DNA of 64,000 nucleotides from an uncultured Bacteroidota bacterium (GTDB lineage: Bacteria; Bacteroidota; Bacteroidia; UKL13-3): the NCBI GenBank assembly GCA_903927505.1, contig CAIYNF010000084.1, positions 4,577 through 68,576 of the forward strand, read 5' to 3'. Of the stretch, positions 18,310 through 28,679 are shown in pieces; position 1 is the first letter of the stretch, and each line of letters opens with the position of its first letter. Under the pieces are notes generated by a model. It ran no database searches. It was not told the origin of the DNA and worked only from the letters and a program-made list of their open reading frames with translations. The position numbers and the translations under genes are program-made.

Positions 18310-21300
18310 ATGAGCCGCACCAAAAAGAACAATGAGCAAAATGGCCTCCGCATTGAGCGCCACTTTACCAAAGAAGGGGTAAGCGCGTACGACATGTTTA
18401 CGTATGATTACCGCACATCAATTATTAAAAACCCAAATGGAAGTGTGGTTTTTGAAATGAAAAATGTGGAAGTGCCAAATTTCTGGAGCCAAGTTGCTAC
18501 AGACGTATTGGCACAAAAATATTTTCGTAAAGCGGGTGTTCCGCAACCTGATGGTTCAATTGGTCGCGAAACCAGTATCAAGCAAGTTGCCCATCGCATG
18601 GCGCATTGCTGGATGAAGTGGGGTGAGGAATACAATTATTTTGATTCAAAAGAAGACGCACAAGTTTTCTATGATGAATTGGCATTTATGATTGTGGGAC
18701 AATATGCAGCCCCCAATTCGCCACAATGGTTCAATACAGGATTACATAGTTCTTATGGCATTACAGGTAAGCCACAAGGACACTTCTTTGTAAATCCTAA
18801 AACAAATAAATTAGAAAGATCTACTTCGGCTTATGAACGTCCGCAGCCACATGCTTGTTTCATTTTGTCTGTTGATGATGATTTGGTAAACGAAGGTGGT
18901 ATCATGGACCTTTGGGTTCGTGAAGCGCGTATCTTTAAATATGGTTCTGGTGTAGGAACCAACTTCTCTAAAATTCGTGGTGCCAAAGAAAAATTATCAG
19001 GCGGAGGTTCTTCTTCTGGTTTGATGAGTTTCCTAAAAATTGGTGACCGTGCAGCTGGAGCTATCAAATCTGGCGGTACTACCCGTCGTGCAGCCAAAAT
19101 GGTTTGCTTAGATTTGGATCATCCAGAAATTATAGAATTTATTAATTGGAAAAAAGCAGAAGAAAAGAAAGTTGCTGCCCTAATCGCCGCAGGTTACCCG
19201 AGTGATTACGAAGGTGAAGCTTATGCAACTGTTTCTGGCCAAAATAGCAATAACTCAGTGCGCATGCCACATTCCTTTTTTGAGGCACTGGCTAAAGGTG
19301 AAGATTGGGAATTAATAGCACGTACCGATGGTCGTGTAATGGAAAAAGTTCCTTCAGGAAAAATGTGGGATATGATTGCAGATGCTGCTTGGGCATGCGC
19401 AGATCCTGGTGTTCAATACGACACAACTATCAACGAATGGCATACTTGTCCAGAAGGCGGAAGAATCAACGCTTCTAACCCTTGTAGCGAGTATATGTTC
19501 TTAGACAATACTGCTTGTAACTTAGCGAGCTTAAACTTAATGCGTTTCTTCGATGTAAACACATTGGCTTTTGATGTTAAAGGATACGAGCATGCAAGTC
19601 GCCTTTGGACAATGGTACTTGAAATCTCTGTTTTAATGGCGCAATTCCCTTCACCTGAAGTGGCACAATTGAGCTACGATTACCGTACCCTTGGTTTAGG
19701 TTATGCAAACTTAGGTAGCGTATTAATGGTATCTGGTATTCCTTATGATAGTCCTAAAGCTTTTGCCATTGGTGGTGCTTTAACTGCTATTTTAAATGGT
19801 ATTGCTTACCAAACTTCAGCCGAAATGGCTAAATACTTAGGAACATTCTCTAAGTACGAAGAAAACAAAACACATATGTTGCGTGTAATGCGTAACCACC
19901 GTTATGCTGCTTACAACGCAACTGATGCTTATGAAGGTTTATCAATTAGACCTTCTGGTATTGATCCAAAATATTGCCCAGATTATTTATTAACCGCTGC
20001 TTGTAACTCATGGGACTTAGCAGTACAAATGGGTGAAGAATATGGTTACCGCAATGCACAAGCTACCGTAATTGCTCCAACTGGAACAATTGGCTTGGTA
20101 ATGGATTGTGATACTACAGGTATTGAGCCAGATTTTGCTTTGGTTAAATTCAAAAAATTATCTGGTGGTGGTTATTTTAAAATCATCAATACAGGTGTTC
20201 CTGCAGCATTGAAAAATTTAGGTTATAGCCCATCAGAAATTGATGCCGTTATTCAATATGCTATTGGTTCGGCAAGCTTAAAAGGTGCGCCACATATCAA
20301 TCCTGAATCATTAAAATTCCGTGGTTTCACCGACGAAGAAATTGAAAAATTAGACAAAGCTGCTTCTGGTGCATTTGAAATTGGTTTTGCATTTAACCAA
20401 TGGACATTAGGCGAAGAGTGCTTGCAGCGTCTTGGATTTACTTCAGAAGAATACAATAGCCATAACTTTAATTTATTGCGTAAACTTGGTTTTACCCGCA
20501 ACGAAATTGAAGAAGCAAATGATTTTATTTGTGGAACAATGTCGGTAGAAGGTGCGCCATTCTTGAAAGATGAGCACTTGGCAGTATTTGATTGTGCCAA
20601 CAAATGTGGTAACAAAGGAACCCGTTATATTGCAGCTACTGGTCATATTCGCATGATGGCTGCCGCACAACCATTCTTAAGTGGTGCTATTTCTAAAACC
20701 ATCAATTTGCCAAACGAGGCAACCATAGAAGATATCAAAGAATGTTACCACATGAGCTGGAGCCTTGGTTTGAAAGCCAACGCACTTTACAGAGATGGTT
20801 GCAAATTGAGCCAACCTTTGAGCAATAAATCTGATGTAAAGGATGATGAAGAGGATATCCAAGAAGCAGTTGAACAAGTTTTGGGAGAAGACGCACACAA
20901 ACCTGTTGGCGAATTAAGCCCAGAGCAAGTGTTAGAAGCTGCAACTGCTATCTTAAACAGAACGCACGATACAGCCTTTAAACATAAATTAGCTGGTGTA
21001 GTTGCACGCAAAACTTTACCTGGTAAGCGTGGTGGTTTCACCCAAAAAGCTACTGTGGGTGGTCAAACTATTTTCGTTAGAACTGGTGAATATGAAGATG
21101 GAACATTGGGAGAAATCTTTGTTGATTTGCACAAAGAAGGTGCTACCCTTCGTTCATTGATGAACTGTTTCTCTATTGCTGTTTCATTGGGCTTACAATA
21201 TGGTGTGCCATTGGATGAGTACGTAGACAAATTTACCTTTACCCGCTTTGAACCAGCTGGTATGGTTGCAGGTCATGATAACATCAAAAACGCAACATCT

Positions 21301-21696
21301 GTCATCGATTATATGTTCCGTATGTTAGGTTTTGAATACTTGGGCAGAGAAGATTTTGTGCAAGTTACACCTAATGATAATCAACGTGGAAACTTAGCCA
21401 TTAACCAACATAAATTGGCTGCTGCCATTGCAACAGAAAAAGCTGCAAATGGTTCGAACCCAATTGCTGCAAGTTCTCCAGTAAGTTTCCAACGTGCTGA
21501 AGTGAAAATTGAAACGGAGGTAAAAGCAAAGCCTGTAGCTGTTGAAGCTACTGCCGCTGCACCAATAGACCAAGTGAGTGAAATGAATAAGCGTATGGGT
21601 GATAGCCCTGCTTGTCCTACATGCGGTCATATTACCATTCGCAGTGGCGCTTGTTACAAGTGCTTGAATTGCGGTACCCAAACTGGTTGCAGTTAG
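18310..21696 (+). CDS. nrdJ: Adenosylcobalamin-dependent (class II) ribonucleotide reductase with C-terminal Cys-rich zinc-finger tail
   Basis: RNR core motifs GGGSSSGLMSFL, TVSGQNSNNSVRM and the active-site loop SNPCSEYMFLDNTACNLASLNL. An Ala-rich linker is followed by CPTCGHITIRSGACYKCLNCGTQTGCS, the tail type described for many class II RNRs. Confidence 0.9.
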   Translation: MSRTKKNNEQNGLRIERHFTKEGVSAYDMFTYDYRTSIIKNPNGSVVFEMKNVEVPNFWSQVATDVLAQKYFRKAGVPQPDGSIGRETSIKQVAHRMAHCWMKWGEEYNYFDSKEDAQVFYDELAFMIVGQYAAPNSPQWFNTGLHSSYGITGKPQGHFFVNPKTNKLERSTSAYERPQPHACFILSVDDDLVNEGGIMDLWVREARIFKYGSGVGTNFSKIRGAKEKLSGGGSSSGLMSFLKIGDRAAGAIKSGGTTRRAAKMVCLDLDHPEIIEFINWKKAEEKKVAALIAAGYPSDYEGEAYATVSGQNSNNSVRMPHSFFEALAKGEDWELIARTDGRVMEKVPSGKMWDMIADAAWACADPGVQYDTTINEWHTCPEGGRINASNPCSEYMFLDNTACNLASLNLMRFFDVNTLAFDVKGYEHASRLWTMVLEISVLMAQFPSPEVAQLSYDYRTLGLGYANLGSVLMVSGIPYDSPKAFAIGGALTAILNGIAYQTSAEMAKYLGTFSKYEENKTHMLRVMRNHRYAAYNATDAYEGLSIRPSGIDPKYCPDYLLTAACNSWDLAVQMGEEYGYRNAQATVIAPTGTIGLVMDCDTTGIEPDFALVKFKKLSGGGYFKIINTGVPAALKNLGYSPSEIDAVIQYAIGSASLKGAPHINPESLKFRGFTDEEIEKLDKAASGAFEIGFAFNQWTLGEECLQRLGFTSEEYNSHNFNLLRKLGFTRNEIEEANDFICGTMSVEGAPFLKDEHLAVFDCANKCGNKGTRYIAATGHIRMMAAAQPFLSGAISKTINLPNEATIEDIKECYHMSWSLGLKANALYRDGCKLSQPLSNKSDVKDDEEDIQEAVEQVLGEDAHKPVGELSPEQVLEAATAILNRTHDTAFKHKLAGVVARKTLPGKRGGFTQKATVGGQTIFVRTGEYEDGTLGEIFVDLHKEGATLRSLMNCFSIAVSLGLQYGVPLDEYVDKFTFTRFEPAGMVAGHDNIKNATSVIDYMFRMLGFEYLGREDFVQVTPNDNQRGNLAINQHKLAAAIATEKAANGSNPIAASSPVSFQRAEVKIETEVKAKPVAVEATAAAPIDQVSEMNKRMGDSPACPTCGHITIRSGACYKCLNCGTQTGCS
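21451..21460. repeat. Exact copy of GGTTCGAACC inside nrdJ
   Basis: Read directly; codons GGT TCG AAC C (G S N P). Confidence 0.9.
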
Positions 21697-21715
21697 TATT
21701 TACTGCAAACGTATT

Positions 21716-21754
21716 AAAAAGGACCACTTGAGTATATCAAGTGGTCCTTTTTTT
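21716..21754 (+). terminator. Rho-independent terminator of nrdJ
   Basis: AAAAAGGACCACTTGA-GTATA-TCAAGTGGTCCTTTTTTT. Confidence 0.85.
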
Positions 21755-21855
21755 ATGACCCTATTCATAATCCTAAAATAATAATATTTTCTAAGCCCTT
21801 GGGTATTCTCCCCTTTGTTTATTTTATTTATATTGTGCCCTCAAAACATCGAAAT

Positions 21856-24297
21856 ATGAACCAATCTTTCATGAAAAAAGCCCTTCCGCATATCCTTGCA
21901 TTTGCAATTATTATGCTGGTAATTTTTGCCTATTTCACACCACTTTTTAATGGTAAAATTTTAAAGCAATACGATGTATTGCAATGGAAAGCAACCTTTC
22001 AAGAAATTGCGCAATTTGAAAAAGCCAGTGGAGAAAGAACCTTCTGGACCAATAGTATTTTTGGGGGTATGCCAAGTTATTTAATTGGTGCTACCTACCA
22101 TGGAAACTTTACAGGCAATATCTTATTTAAATTATCTGAAGTATTTAAAAACCCAGCGGATACCATTTTCTTGTTATTTGCTTGCTTCTATATTTTGTTG
22201 CTCACGTTTGAAGTTTCACCTTGGCTTGCAATTGCCGGTTCATTGGCCTTTGCTTTATCCACCTTTAATTTTATAAATATAGATGCGGGCCATATTACCA
22301 AAGGAAATGCCATTGCATTTATCCCGCTGGTTTTAGCGGGTATGCAAGTTACTTTGCATAAAAATAAATGGCTTGGGGCCATTTTAACAGGTATTGCAGT
22401 ATCCTTTGAATTGTCTGCTGGTCACGTGCAAATAACCTATTACCTTATCTTTATTGTATTGGCTTGGATGGTAGTAGAATTGATCAATGCCTTTAAAAAT
22501 AAAACTTTGCCTTCCTTTTTTACTGCAGGTGTTTTTATGGCAGTTGCTGCTGCTGTAGGGGTTGGTACAAATATTACAGGTTTATTGGCTACAGAAGAGT
22601 ATGGCAAATATAGTATTCGTGGCAAATCTGAATTAACCAAAACCCTTGCAGGCGAAAGCAATGCAGCCAATAGCTCTTCTGGCTTAGATAAAGATTATGC
22701 TTTGCAATGGAGTAATGGTGTTACAGAACCATTTACCTTACTAATTCCTAATATGTATGGTGGTGCTAGCAGTGGCGATTTAGGGACCAGCAGCTATACC
22801 TACAAAGAATTACAAAAACAAGGGTATCCAAATGCCAAAGAGGTAGTAAAACAAATGCCTATTTACTGGGGAGATCAGCCATTTACCGCAGGTCCTATTT
22901 ATTATGGTGCTATCATTGTTTTCTTATTTGTATTAGGCATGTTTGTAATTAAAGGCATAGAAAAATGGTGGATTTTCTCTGCTGCTATGCTTGCCATTTT
23001 CTTATCTATGGGTAAGAATTTTATGCCGCTTACAGATGTTTTCTTCAATTATTTCCCACTTTACAATAAGTTTAGGTCGGTTACATTTATTTTATGCGTT
23101 GCGCAAACACTCTTTCCTTTCCTTGCTATTCTGGCGGTGCGCGAAATCATGCAAAAGAAAATTAGCAAACCAGAATTTATCAAAGCAATGAAATACAGTG
23201 TAGGAATTGTGGGTGGTTTGCTGTTAATCTTTGCATTAATGCCAGGCATGTTCTTTGATTTTACCAGTGAAACAGATGCGCGTATGAATTTCCCGCAATG
23301 GTTAAAAGATTCGTTAATGGCAGATAGAGAAAGTCTTTTGCGCACGGATGCCTTGCGTTCTTTGGCCTTTATTGCAGCAGCAGTTGCCGCTTTGTGGTTT
23401 TACCAAATAGGTAAATTAAAAAACAACCATTTGGTAATTATATTAGGTGCATTAATTTTGGTTGATTTATGGGGAGTAGACAAACGCTACCTCAATGATT
23501 CAGATTTTGAGAAAAAGAAAAAGGAAGCGGCCGTAGACAAAACACCAATTGACGAACAAATATTAGCCGATACAGACATCCATTACCGTGTATACAACAA
23601 TACTACAGATTTTGACAAGGATGCCTTAACTGCTTACTACCACAAATCATTGGGCGGATACCATGGTGCAAAAATGCGCAGGTACCAAGAGTTAATTGAA
23701 TGGCAATTGGGTAAAATGAATATGGAGTGTTACAATATGTTAAACGCTAAATATTTTATCCTTCAAGATTCTACAAATAATAAATTTGTACAACGCAATG
23801 TCAGTGCAAATGGCAATGCCTGGTTCGTAAAAGAAATTAAATGGGTAAATAACGCAGATGAAGAAATCAATGCATTAACTGGTTTCCAATCTAAGCAAAC
23901 TGCTATCATCGACAAGCGTTTTGAGGCAGAATTAAAAGGATTTACACCAGCATTTGATTCGAGTGCCAGCATTGTATTAAATGTTTACCAACCCAATAAA
24001 TTGGTATATGCCTCTAATGCCAACGCAGATCAATTGGCAGTGTTCTCAGAAATTTATTATGAGAAAGGCTGGAATGCATACATTGATGGCGCTTTGGTGC
24101 CACACGAGCGTGTAAATTACGTTTTGCGTGCCTTAAAAGTTCCTTCAGGTAAACACCAAATAGAATTCAGGTTCGAACCAACTGTTATTGCTACCGGCGA
24201 AAAAATAGCGTATGCCTCTTCATTTGCCTTGTACGGTGGTTTGTTATTGATATTGGGTATGACTTTTGTTGCAGCTAAGAAAAAAGAAAAAGCATAA
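21856..24297 (+). CDS. YfhO-family polytopic membrane protein (GT-C-type glycosyltransferase-like)
   Basis: About 810 aa with many TM segments. The N-terminal region FTPLFNGKILKQYDVLQWKATFQE...FWTNSIFGGMPSY and a large C-terminal extracytoplasmic domain with a final TM are typical of YfhO. Start moved to ATG 21856 because the TTG at 21799 lies just after the nrdJ terminator. Confidence 0.65.
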   Translation: MNQSFMKKALPHILAFAIIMLVIFAYFTPLFNGKILKQYDVLQWKATFQEIAQFEKASGERTFWTNSIFGGMPSYLIGATYHGNFTGNILFKLSEVFKNPADTIFLLFACFYILLLTFEVSPWLAIAGSLAFALSTFNFINIDAGHITKGNAIAFIPLVLAGMQVTLHKNKWLGAILTGIAVSFELSAGHVQITYYLIFIVLAWMVVELINAFKNKTLPSFFTAGVFMAVAAAVGVGTNITGLLATEEYGKYSIRGKSELTKTLAGESNAANSSSGLDKDYALQWSNGVTEPFTLLIPNMYGGASSGDLGTSSYTYKELQKQGYPNAKEVVKQMPIYWGDQPFTAGPIYYGAIIVFLFVLGMFVIKGIEKWWIFSAAMLAIFLSMGKNFMPLTDVFFNYFPLYNKFRSVTFILCVAQTLFPFLAILAVREIMQKKISKPEFIKAMKYSVGIVGGLLLIFALMPGMFFDFTSETDARMNFPQWLKDSLMADRESLLRTDALRSLAFIAAAVAALWFYQIGKLKNNHLVIILGALILVDLWGVDKRYLNDSDFEKKKKEAAVDKTPIDEQILADTDIHYRVYNNTTDFDKDALTAYYHKSLGGYHGAKMRRYQELIEWQLGKMNMECYNMLNAKYFILQDSTNNKFVQRNVSANGNAWFVKEIKWVNNADEEINALTGFQSKQTAIIDKRFEAELKGFTPAFDSSASIVLNVYQPNKLVYASNANADQLAVFSEIYYEKGWNAYIDGALVPHERVNYVLRALKVPSGKHQIEFRFEPTVIATGEKIAYASSFALYGGLLLILGMTFVAAKKKEKA
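24170..24179. repeat. Exact copy of GGTTCGAACC inside the yfhO-like gene
   Basis: Read directly; codons aGG TTC GAA CCa (R F E P). Confidence 0.9.
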
Positions 24298-24299
24298 TT

Positions 24300-24455
24300 T
24301 TGAGTTATTTCAATTGGCAAAATATTGCAGTAGGCTTGCTCTTTATTGGGGCCATGGTTTATCTCTACAAAACTATTCGCAAGAGCAGTCAAGGCCATGC
24401 CTGTGAGGGTGGTGCATGTAAATGTGCGCCAGATAAACCACAGCAAGCCAAATAA
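24300..24455 (+). CDS. Unlisted 51-codon ORF resembling the FeoB-associated Cys-rich small membrane protein family
   Basis: Hand translation from TTG 24300: MSYFNWQNIAVGLLFIGAMVYLYKTIRKSSQGHACEGGACKCAPDKPQQAK*. It has one N-terminal TM helix, a basic stretch and a CxxxCxC tail. It starts 2 nt after the yfhO stop and is too short for the ORF track. Confidence 0.5.
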   Translation: MSYFNWQNIAVGLLFIGAMVYLYKTIRKSSQGHACEGGACKCAPDKPQQAK

Positions 24456-24475
24456 AAATAGAGCTATTTGGGTTC

Positions 24476-24485
24476 GGTTCGAACC
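24476..24485. repeat. Exact copy of the 10-bp palindrome GGTTCGAACC (intergenic)
   Basis: Read directly; lies immediately beside the terminator at 24483..24526. Confidence 0.9.
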
Positions 24486-24526
24486 AAAAAAAACAGGCAA
24501 TAAGTGAATGCACTTATTGCCTGTTT
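24483..24526 (-). terminator. Rho-independent terminator of the OmpA-family gene
   Basis: Perfect 16-bp stem AAACAGGCAATAAGTG-AATG-CACTTATTGCCTGTTT. On the minus strand it is followed by a run of eight T. Confidence 0.85.
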
Positions 24527-24550
24527 AAACCAATAACAATTTATTTTCTA

Positions 24551-25489
24551 TTATCTCTTTTCAATTAACTTATACAACTCATCCAATTTAGGCGTGAGAA
24601 TAATTTCTGTTCTTCTATTTTTAGCCCTGCCTTCAGTTGTTTCATTGCTGGCTTTTGGCATGTATTCTCCTCTTCCAGCAGCAGTTAAGCGCTTGGCGTC
24701 TACTTTGTAAATTTCATCCAATAAACGAACAATATTGGTAGACCTGGCTACACTTAAATCCCAATTGTCTTTGAACTGGGCAGTTTTAATTGGCACATTG
24801 TCTGTATGACCTTCAATCATAATAGCCACATCCGAATTTTTATTTAATATTTCAGCCAATTTTTTAATGGCATCTTTTCCTTTTTCTTCCACATCTGCGC
24901 TACCGCTGCGGAACAACAGTTTGTCTGTCATAGAAACATATACCTTACCATTTCTCATTTCCACGGTAATCTCATCACTGTTAAAACTCAATAAAGCTTT
25001 TTTAATGATATTGTTTAAGGCATTGGTTATTGAATCTTGGCGTTTAAGCAAGTTTTCTAGTTCTGCCAAGCGTTTCTCACGCGCCAACAATTGCTCGCCT
25101 TTCTCTTTAAGCGCCATGTTCAGTTGTTCTGTTCTATTTAAACTTGAGCGAATAAGGTCTGTATACTTATTGTTCATGTCGTTGTAGTCATTTTCCAAGC
25201 CTGCATATTTTGCATTGAGGTCTTTATGGCTTTGGGTTAATGCGTTGAACAAGGAGTCTAAATTACGGTAAGCAATTCCTCTTTCGGTAGTATCTTTTTT
25301 ATAGGCCAGGTTAAGGGCGTGCATAGAATCTCGCTGGTGCGTGGCTTCTTTCATGCGTTTTGAAAGCAAAATATTATGGATTTTCTCGCCAATTTTTTTA
25401 GGGTCCTTAATGGTTCCTTTAGGCTCCAAATCCTGGGCTTGCATGCCAATTCCCATTAGCAAGAAGGCAATAATCAATTTAAATTTCAT
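24551..25489 (-). CDS. OmpA-family (OmpA/MotB C-terminal domain) protein with a coiled-coil region
   Basis: Signal peptide MKFKLIIAFLLMGIGMQAQ. Central heptad-rich region. C-terminal IEGHTDNVPI...NWDLSVARS...NRRTEIIL peptidoglycan-binding domain. Start set at ATG 25489; the longer ORF would run into the secDF terminator. Confidence 0.8.
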   Translation of the reverse strand: MKFKLIIAFLLMGIGMQAQDLEPKGTIKDPKKIGEKIHNILLSKRMKEATHQRDSMHALNLAYKKDTTERGIAYRNLDSLFNALTQSHKDLNAKYAGLENDYNDMNNKYTDLIRSSLNRTEQLNMALKEKGEQLLAREKRLAELENLLKRQDSITNALNNIIKKALLSFNSDEITVEMRNGKVYVSMTDKLLFRSGSADVEEKGKDAIKKLAEILNKNSDVAIMIEGHTDNVPIKTAQFKDNWDLSVARSTNIVRLLDEIYKVDAKRLTAAGRGEYMPKASNETTEGRAKNRRTEIILTPKLDELYKLIEKR

Positions 25490-25593
25490 GTGGGTTTGAT
25501 TTTCTACGAAGTTGCAGCAGTAATTGCTGTTCACCAATTTTTGACTGCTGTATTTAGGCACAAGGCAAAAGTAGCTGTTCAATAAACCGCACA

Positions 25594-25628
25594 AAAAAGC
25601 CCTTTCTCTTTTGGAGAAAGGGCTTTTT
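25594..25628. terminator. Terminator downstream of secDF (bidirectional architecture)
   Basis: AAAAAGCCCTTTCTC-TTTTG-GAGAAAGGGCTTTTT, flanked by an A-run and a T-run. Confidence 0.8.
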
Positions 25629-25644
25629 AATTATTTTAAATCAA

Positions 25645-28605
25645 TTATTTTGATTGATTTTTTTTGTCAAAGTCGATTACAATTGGTGTAGCAATTGCAA
25701 TTGAAGAATAAGTACCAAAGAAGATACCTACTAACAATGCAAATGTAAATCCTTTGATTACTTCACCTCCAAAGATGAATAATACCAATGCCACCATAAA
25801 TACTGTTAATGAAGTAATAATGGTACGGTTTAAGGTATTGTTCAATGCATTATTAATAACCATTCCCTTGTTGGTTTCGTGGTGATGGGTTCCTAAGAAC
25901 TCACGAATACGGTCAAACACAACTACCGTGTCATTAATAGAGAAACCAATGATGGTAAGAACAGCTGCAATAAAGTTCTGGTCAACCTCCATGGTAAATG
26001 GTAAGATACCATCGAAGATAGAGTAGAAGCCCATCATCATTAATACGTCATGCGCCAATGCAATGGTAGCACCTAATGCATATTGCCATTTTTTGAAACG
26101 AACCAATACGTATAAACCAATTCCAAGCAAGGCAATAATAGTAGCCCAAAGAGATGCAATTTTAATATCGTTTGCAATAGTTGGTCCAACTTTGTTTGAG
26201 CTTAAAATTTCATATTTTAAATTCATACTGTTAAAACCTTCTTTCAATTTGGTTTCTACTTTTTCTGAAGCTTCAGCAGTTTGGTCATCAATTAGGTAAG
26301 TAGTAGTTACTTTAAATTTATTGTTTGAACCAACTGATTTTACTTCTGGTGCACCACCAAATGCAGCGGTAAGTCCTTCACGAACCTTATCGTTACCCAT
26401 TTTTTGGGTTTCGTCAATTTGAATGATGTATGTCCAACCACCTTTAAAATCTACCCCTAATGTAAATCCTTTGGTAAACATGGAAACAATACCAAATCCA
26501 ATGATAATACCAGAGAAAGCATAGAATTTGAAACGATTTTTTACAAAGTCGAAATTCAAGTTTTGGAATGCTTTTTCTGAGAATGAGCGAGAGTATTTAA
26601 CAATGGTACCTTTGTCTATTTGCCATTCTGTGATTACACGCGTTAACAATACTGCTGTAAACATAGATGAGATAATACCGATAATTAAAGTGATAGCAAA
26701 ACCTTGAACCGGACCTGTACCAAAAATGTACAATACAAAGCCAGCTAATAAGGTTGTTAAGTTAGAATCGATAATAGAAGAGGCTGCATGTTGGTAACCA
26801 TCAGTAATGGCATTTTTCAGACTGCGGGCATTTCCTAATTCATCTTTCACCCTTTCATTGATCAATACGTTGGCATCTACTGCCATACCAATTGTTAATA
26901 CAATACCTGCAATACCAGGGAGGGTAAGTGCCGCGCCTAAGCTGGCCAGTACACCTATAATAAAGAACACGTTAATTAATACCGCAAAATCTGCTACATA
27001 ACCTGAGTTGTTATAATAAACAACCATGAAAATTAAGATTACAACTGTAGCAATAATCATACTCCATAAACCAGAGCTAATTGCTTCCGCACCTAAAGTT
27101 GGTCCTACAACAGCTTCTTCCACAATACGTGTAGGAGCAGGTAATTTACCACTTTTAAGAATGTTTGCTAAGTCACCCGCCTCTTCATTTGTGAAGCTAC
27201 CGGTAATATTAGAACGGCCATTAGGAATTTCGCTTTGTACGTTTGGTGAAGAGTAAACTACATCATCCAAAACAATTGCAACAGAATGACCGATATTGTT
27301 GCGGGTTAAGTTTTTCCATACTTTAGCACCTTCGCCATTCATGGTCATTGAAACTTCTACACCACCCGTTTGAGAGATATCTCTTTTTGCGTCTGTAACT
27401 TTATCACCAGTTAAAGATGGAGAACCATCTCTAGAAGTTTTTAAAGCATGTAAAATAACACCTTCTTGGTTTTCGCCAATTCCTTTGTATTCCCATGCAA
27501 ATTTGATATTACCTGGCAAAGCAATTTTAACTTCAGGACGGTTTAACAAGGCATTAATTTTAGCAGTATCTTTTACCAATGCAGTACCACATGTAGAACC
27601 TTTTTCAATTAACATACCTTTGTCATCTGCATAAGGATGCAAGAAGGCGAACAATGGATTTTCTTTGGCAAATTCTTCGTATGATTTTTCTGCAGATTTA
27701 GCAGAAGTATCTTTTTTGGTAGAATCTACAGCAGCAGTTTTGCTGCCAATACCGGCTAAAGCACTAGTTGCAGAAGCAGTAGCACTTGTATCTGCTATTG
27801 TAGTATCAACTTTGTTTTTATTTAACAAGTTTGATTTTTTCAATACATCATTTGCCGAACTCAAGTATTTGAAAGCTTCTGGGTTGTCAAAAGTTTCAAA
27901 GAATTCTAATTTAGCAGAACCTTGAAGGAGTTTACGCACACGCGCAGGGTTGTCTACACCTGGTAATTCTACCAAGATTCTTCCACTACCTTCTAATTTT
28001 TGAATGTTTGGTTGGGTTACACCAAATTTGTCAATACGTGCACGCAAGATTTGAAAAGAACGATCAATTGCTTGCGTTGCTTCTTCTTGCACATATTTCA
28101 TAACTTCTTCGTTGTTTGAAGTTAATTTAATACGCTCACGGTTACTTGGGTTCACAAAAATGGCTGATAACCTGGCTTCAGGTGCAACTTCTTTGAAAGC
28201 TTCTCCAAATAGTGTTACAAAATCCTTTTGGCTTGTTTTCATGCGCTCACGCGCCATTTCAATAGCTTGGTTAAATTTAGGATCTTGGCTGTTGTTAGAC
28301 AAGCCACGAACTAAATCTGCTAACGAAACCTCAAGGGTAACGTTCATACCACCTTGTAAATCCAGACCTAAATTAAGTTCTCTTTCTTTACATTGTAGGT
28401 AGGTGAATTTCTTCAACCCCAAGAAATTGTATACCTGCAACCGCGAAACGGAATCCAGGTAACTGCGTTCTAATTCTGCATTGCCATTGGCAAATGTTTT
28501 GGCATCCTTTTCAATCATGTAAGTTTTCCATGTGAATGATAACTGGAAGATGCTTACCAGTACCAAAGCGATTGCGAAAAACTTAACGGCTCCTTTACTT
28601 TTCAT
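25645..28605 (-). CDS. secDF: Fused protein-export membrane protein SecDF
   Basis: 986 aa. SecD signature LGLDLQGGM, a large periplasmic domain, then two 6-TM RND-like bundles (LTLPGIAGIVLTIGMAVDANVLINER and TIIGFSINDTVVVFDRIRE). Confidence 0.95.
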   Translation of the reverse strand: MKSKGAVKFFAIALVLVSIFQLSFTWKTYMIEKDAKTFANGNAELERSYLDSVSRLQVYNFLGLKKFTYLQCKERELNLGLDLQGGMNVTLEVSLADLVRGLSNNSQDPKFNQAIEMARERMKTSQKDFVTLFGEAFKEVAPEARLSAIFVNPSNRERIKLTSNNEEVMKYVQEEATQAIDRSFQILRARIDKFGVTQPNIQKLEGSGRILVELPGVDNPARVRKLLQGSAKLEFFETFDNPEAFKYLSSANDVLKKSNLLNKNKVDTTIADTSATASATSALAGIGSKTAAVDSTKKDTSAKSAEKSYEEFAKENPLFAFLHPYADDKGMLIEKGSTCGTALVKDTAKINALLNRPEVKIALPGNIKFAWEYKGIGENQEGVILHALKTSRDGSPSLTGDKVTDAKRDISQTGGVEVSMTMNGEGAKVWKNLTRNNIGHSVAIVLDDVVYSSPNVQSEIPNGRSNITGSFTNEEAGDLANILKSGKLPAPTRIVEEAVVGPTLGAEAISSGLWSMIIATVVILIFMVVYYNNSGYVADFAVLINVFFIIGVLASLGAALTLPGIAGIVLTIGMAVDANVLINERVKDELGNARSLKNAITDGYQHAASSIIDSNLTTLLAGFVLYIFGTGPVQGFAITLIIGIISSMFTAVLLTRVITEWQIDKGTIVKYSRSFSEKAFQNLNFDFVKNRFKFYAFSGIIIGFGIVSMFTKGFTLGVDFKGGWTYIIQIDETQKMGNDKVREGLTAAFGGAPEVKSVGSNNKFKVTTTYLIDDQTAEASEKVETKLKEGFNSMNLKYEILSSNKVGPTIANDIKIASLWATIIALLGIGLYVLVRFKKWQYALGATIALAHDVLMMMGFYSIFDGILPFTMEVDQNFIAAVLTIIGFSINDTVVVFDRIREFLGTHHHETNKGMVINNALNNTLNRTIITSLTVFMVALVLFIFGGEVIKGFTFALLVGIFFGTYSSIAIATPIVIDFDKKNQSK

Positions 28606-28669
28606 TGTATATATCTGATTCTATTTTTAATAATTTTCCCTTCGAACATATATGGAAATATACGGTTTT

Positions 28670-28679
28670 GGTTCGAACC
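28670..28679. repeat. Exact copy of the 10-bp palindrome GGTTCGAACC (secDF/exbB divergent intergenic region)
   Basis: Read directly; a second TTCGAA core lies 30 bp upstream at 28641. Confidence 0.9.

Noticed and set aside
24117-24500. 127-aa minus-strand ORF spanning the yfhO 3' end and the downstream spacer.
   Set aside because: It overlaps the yfhO coding end and the better-supported 51-codon plus-strand Cys-rich ORF. It has no signal or family motif and would have to start inside the terminator region.
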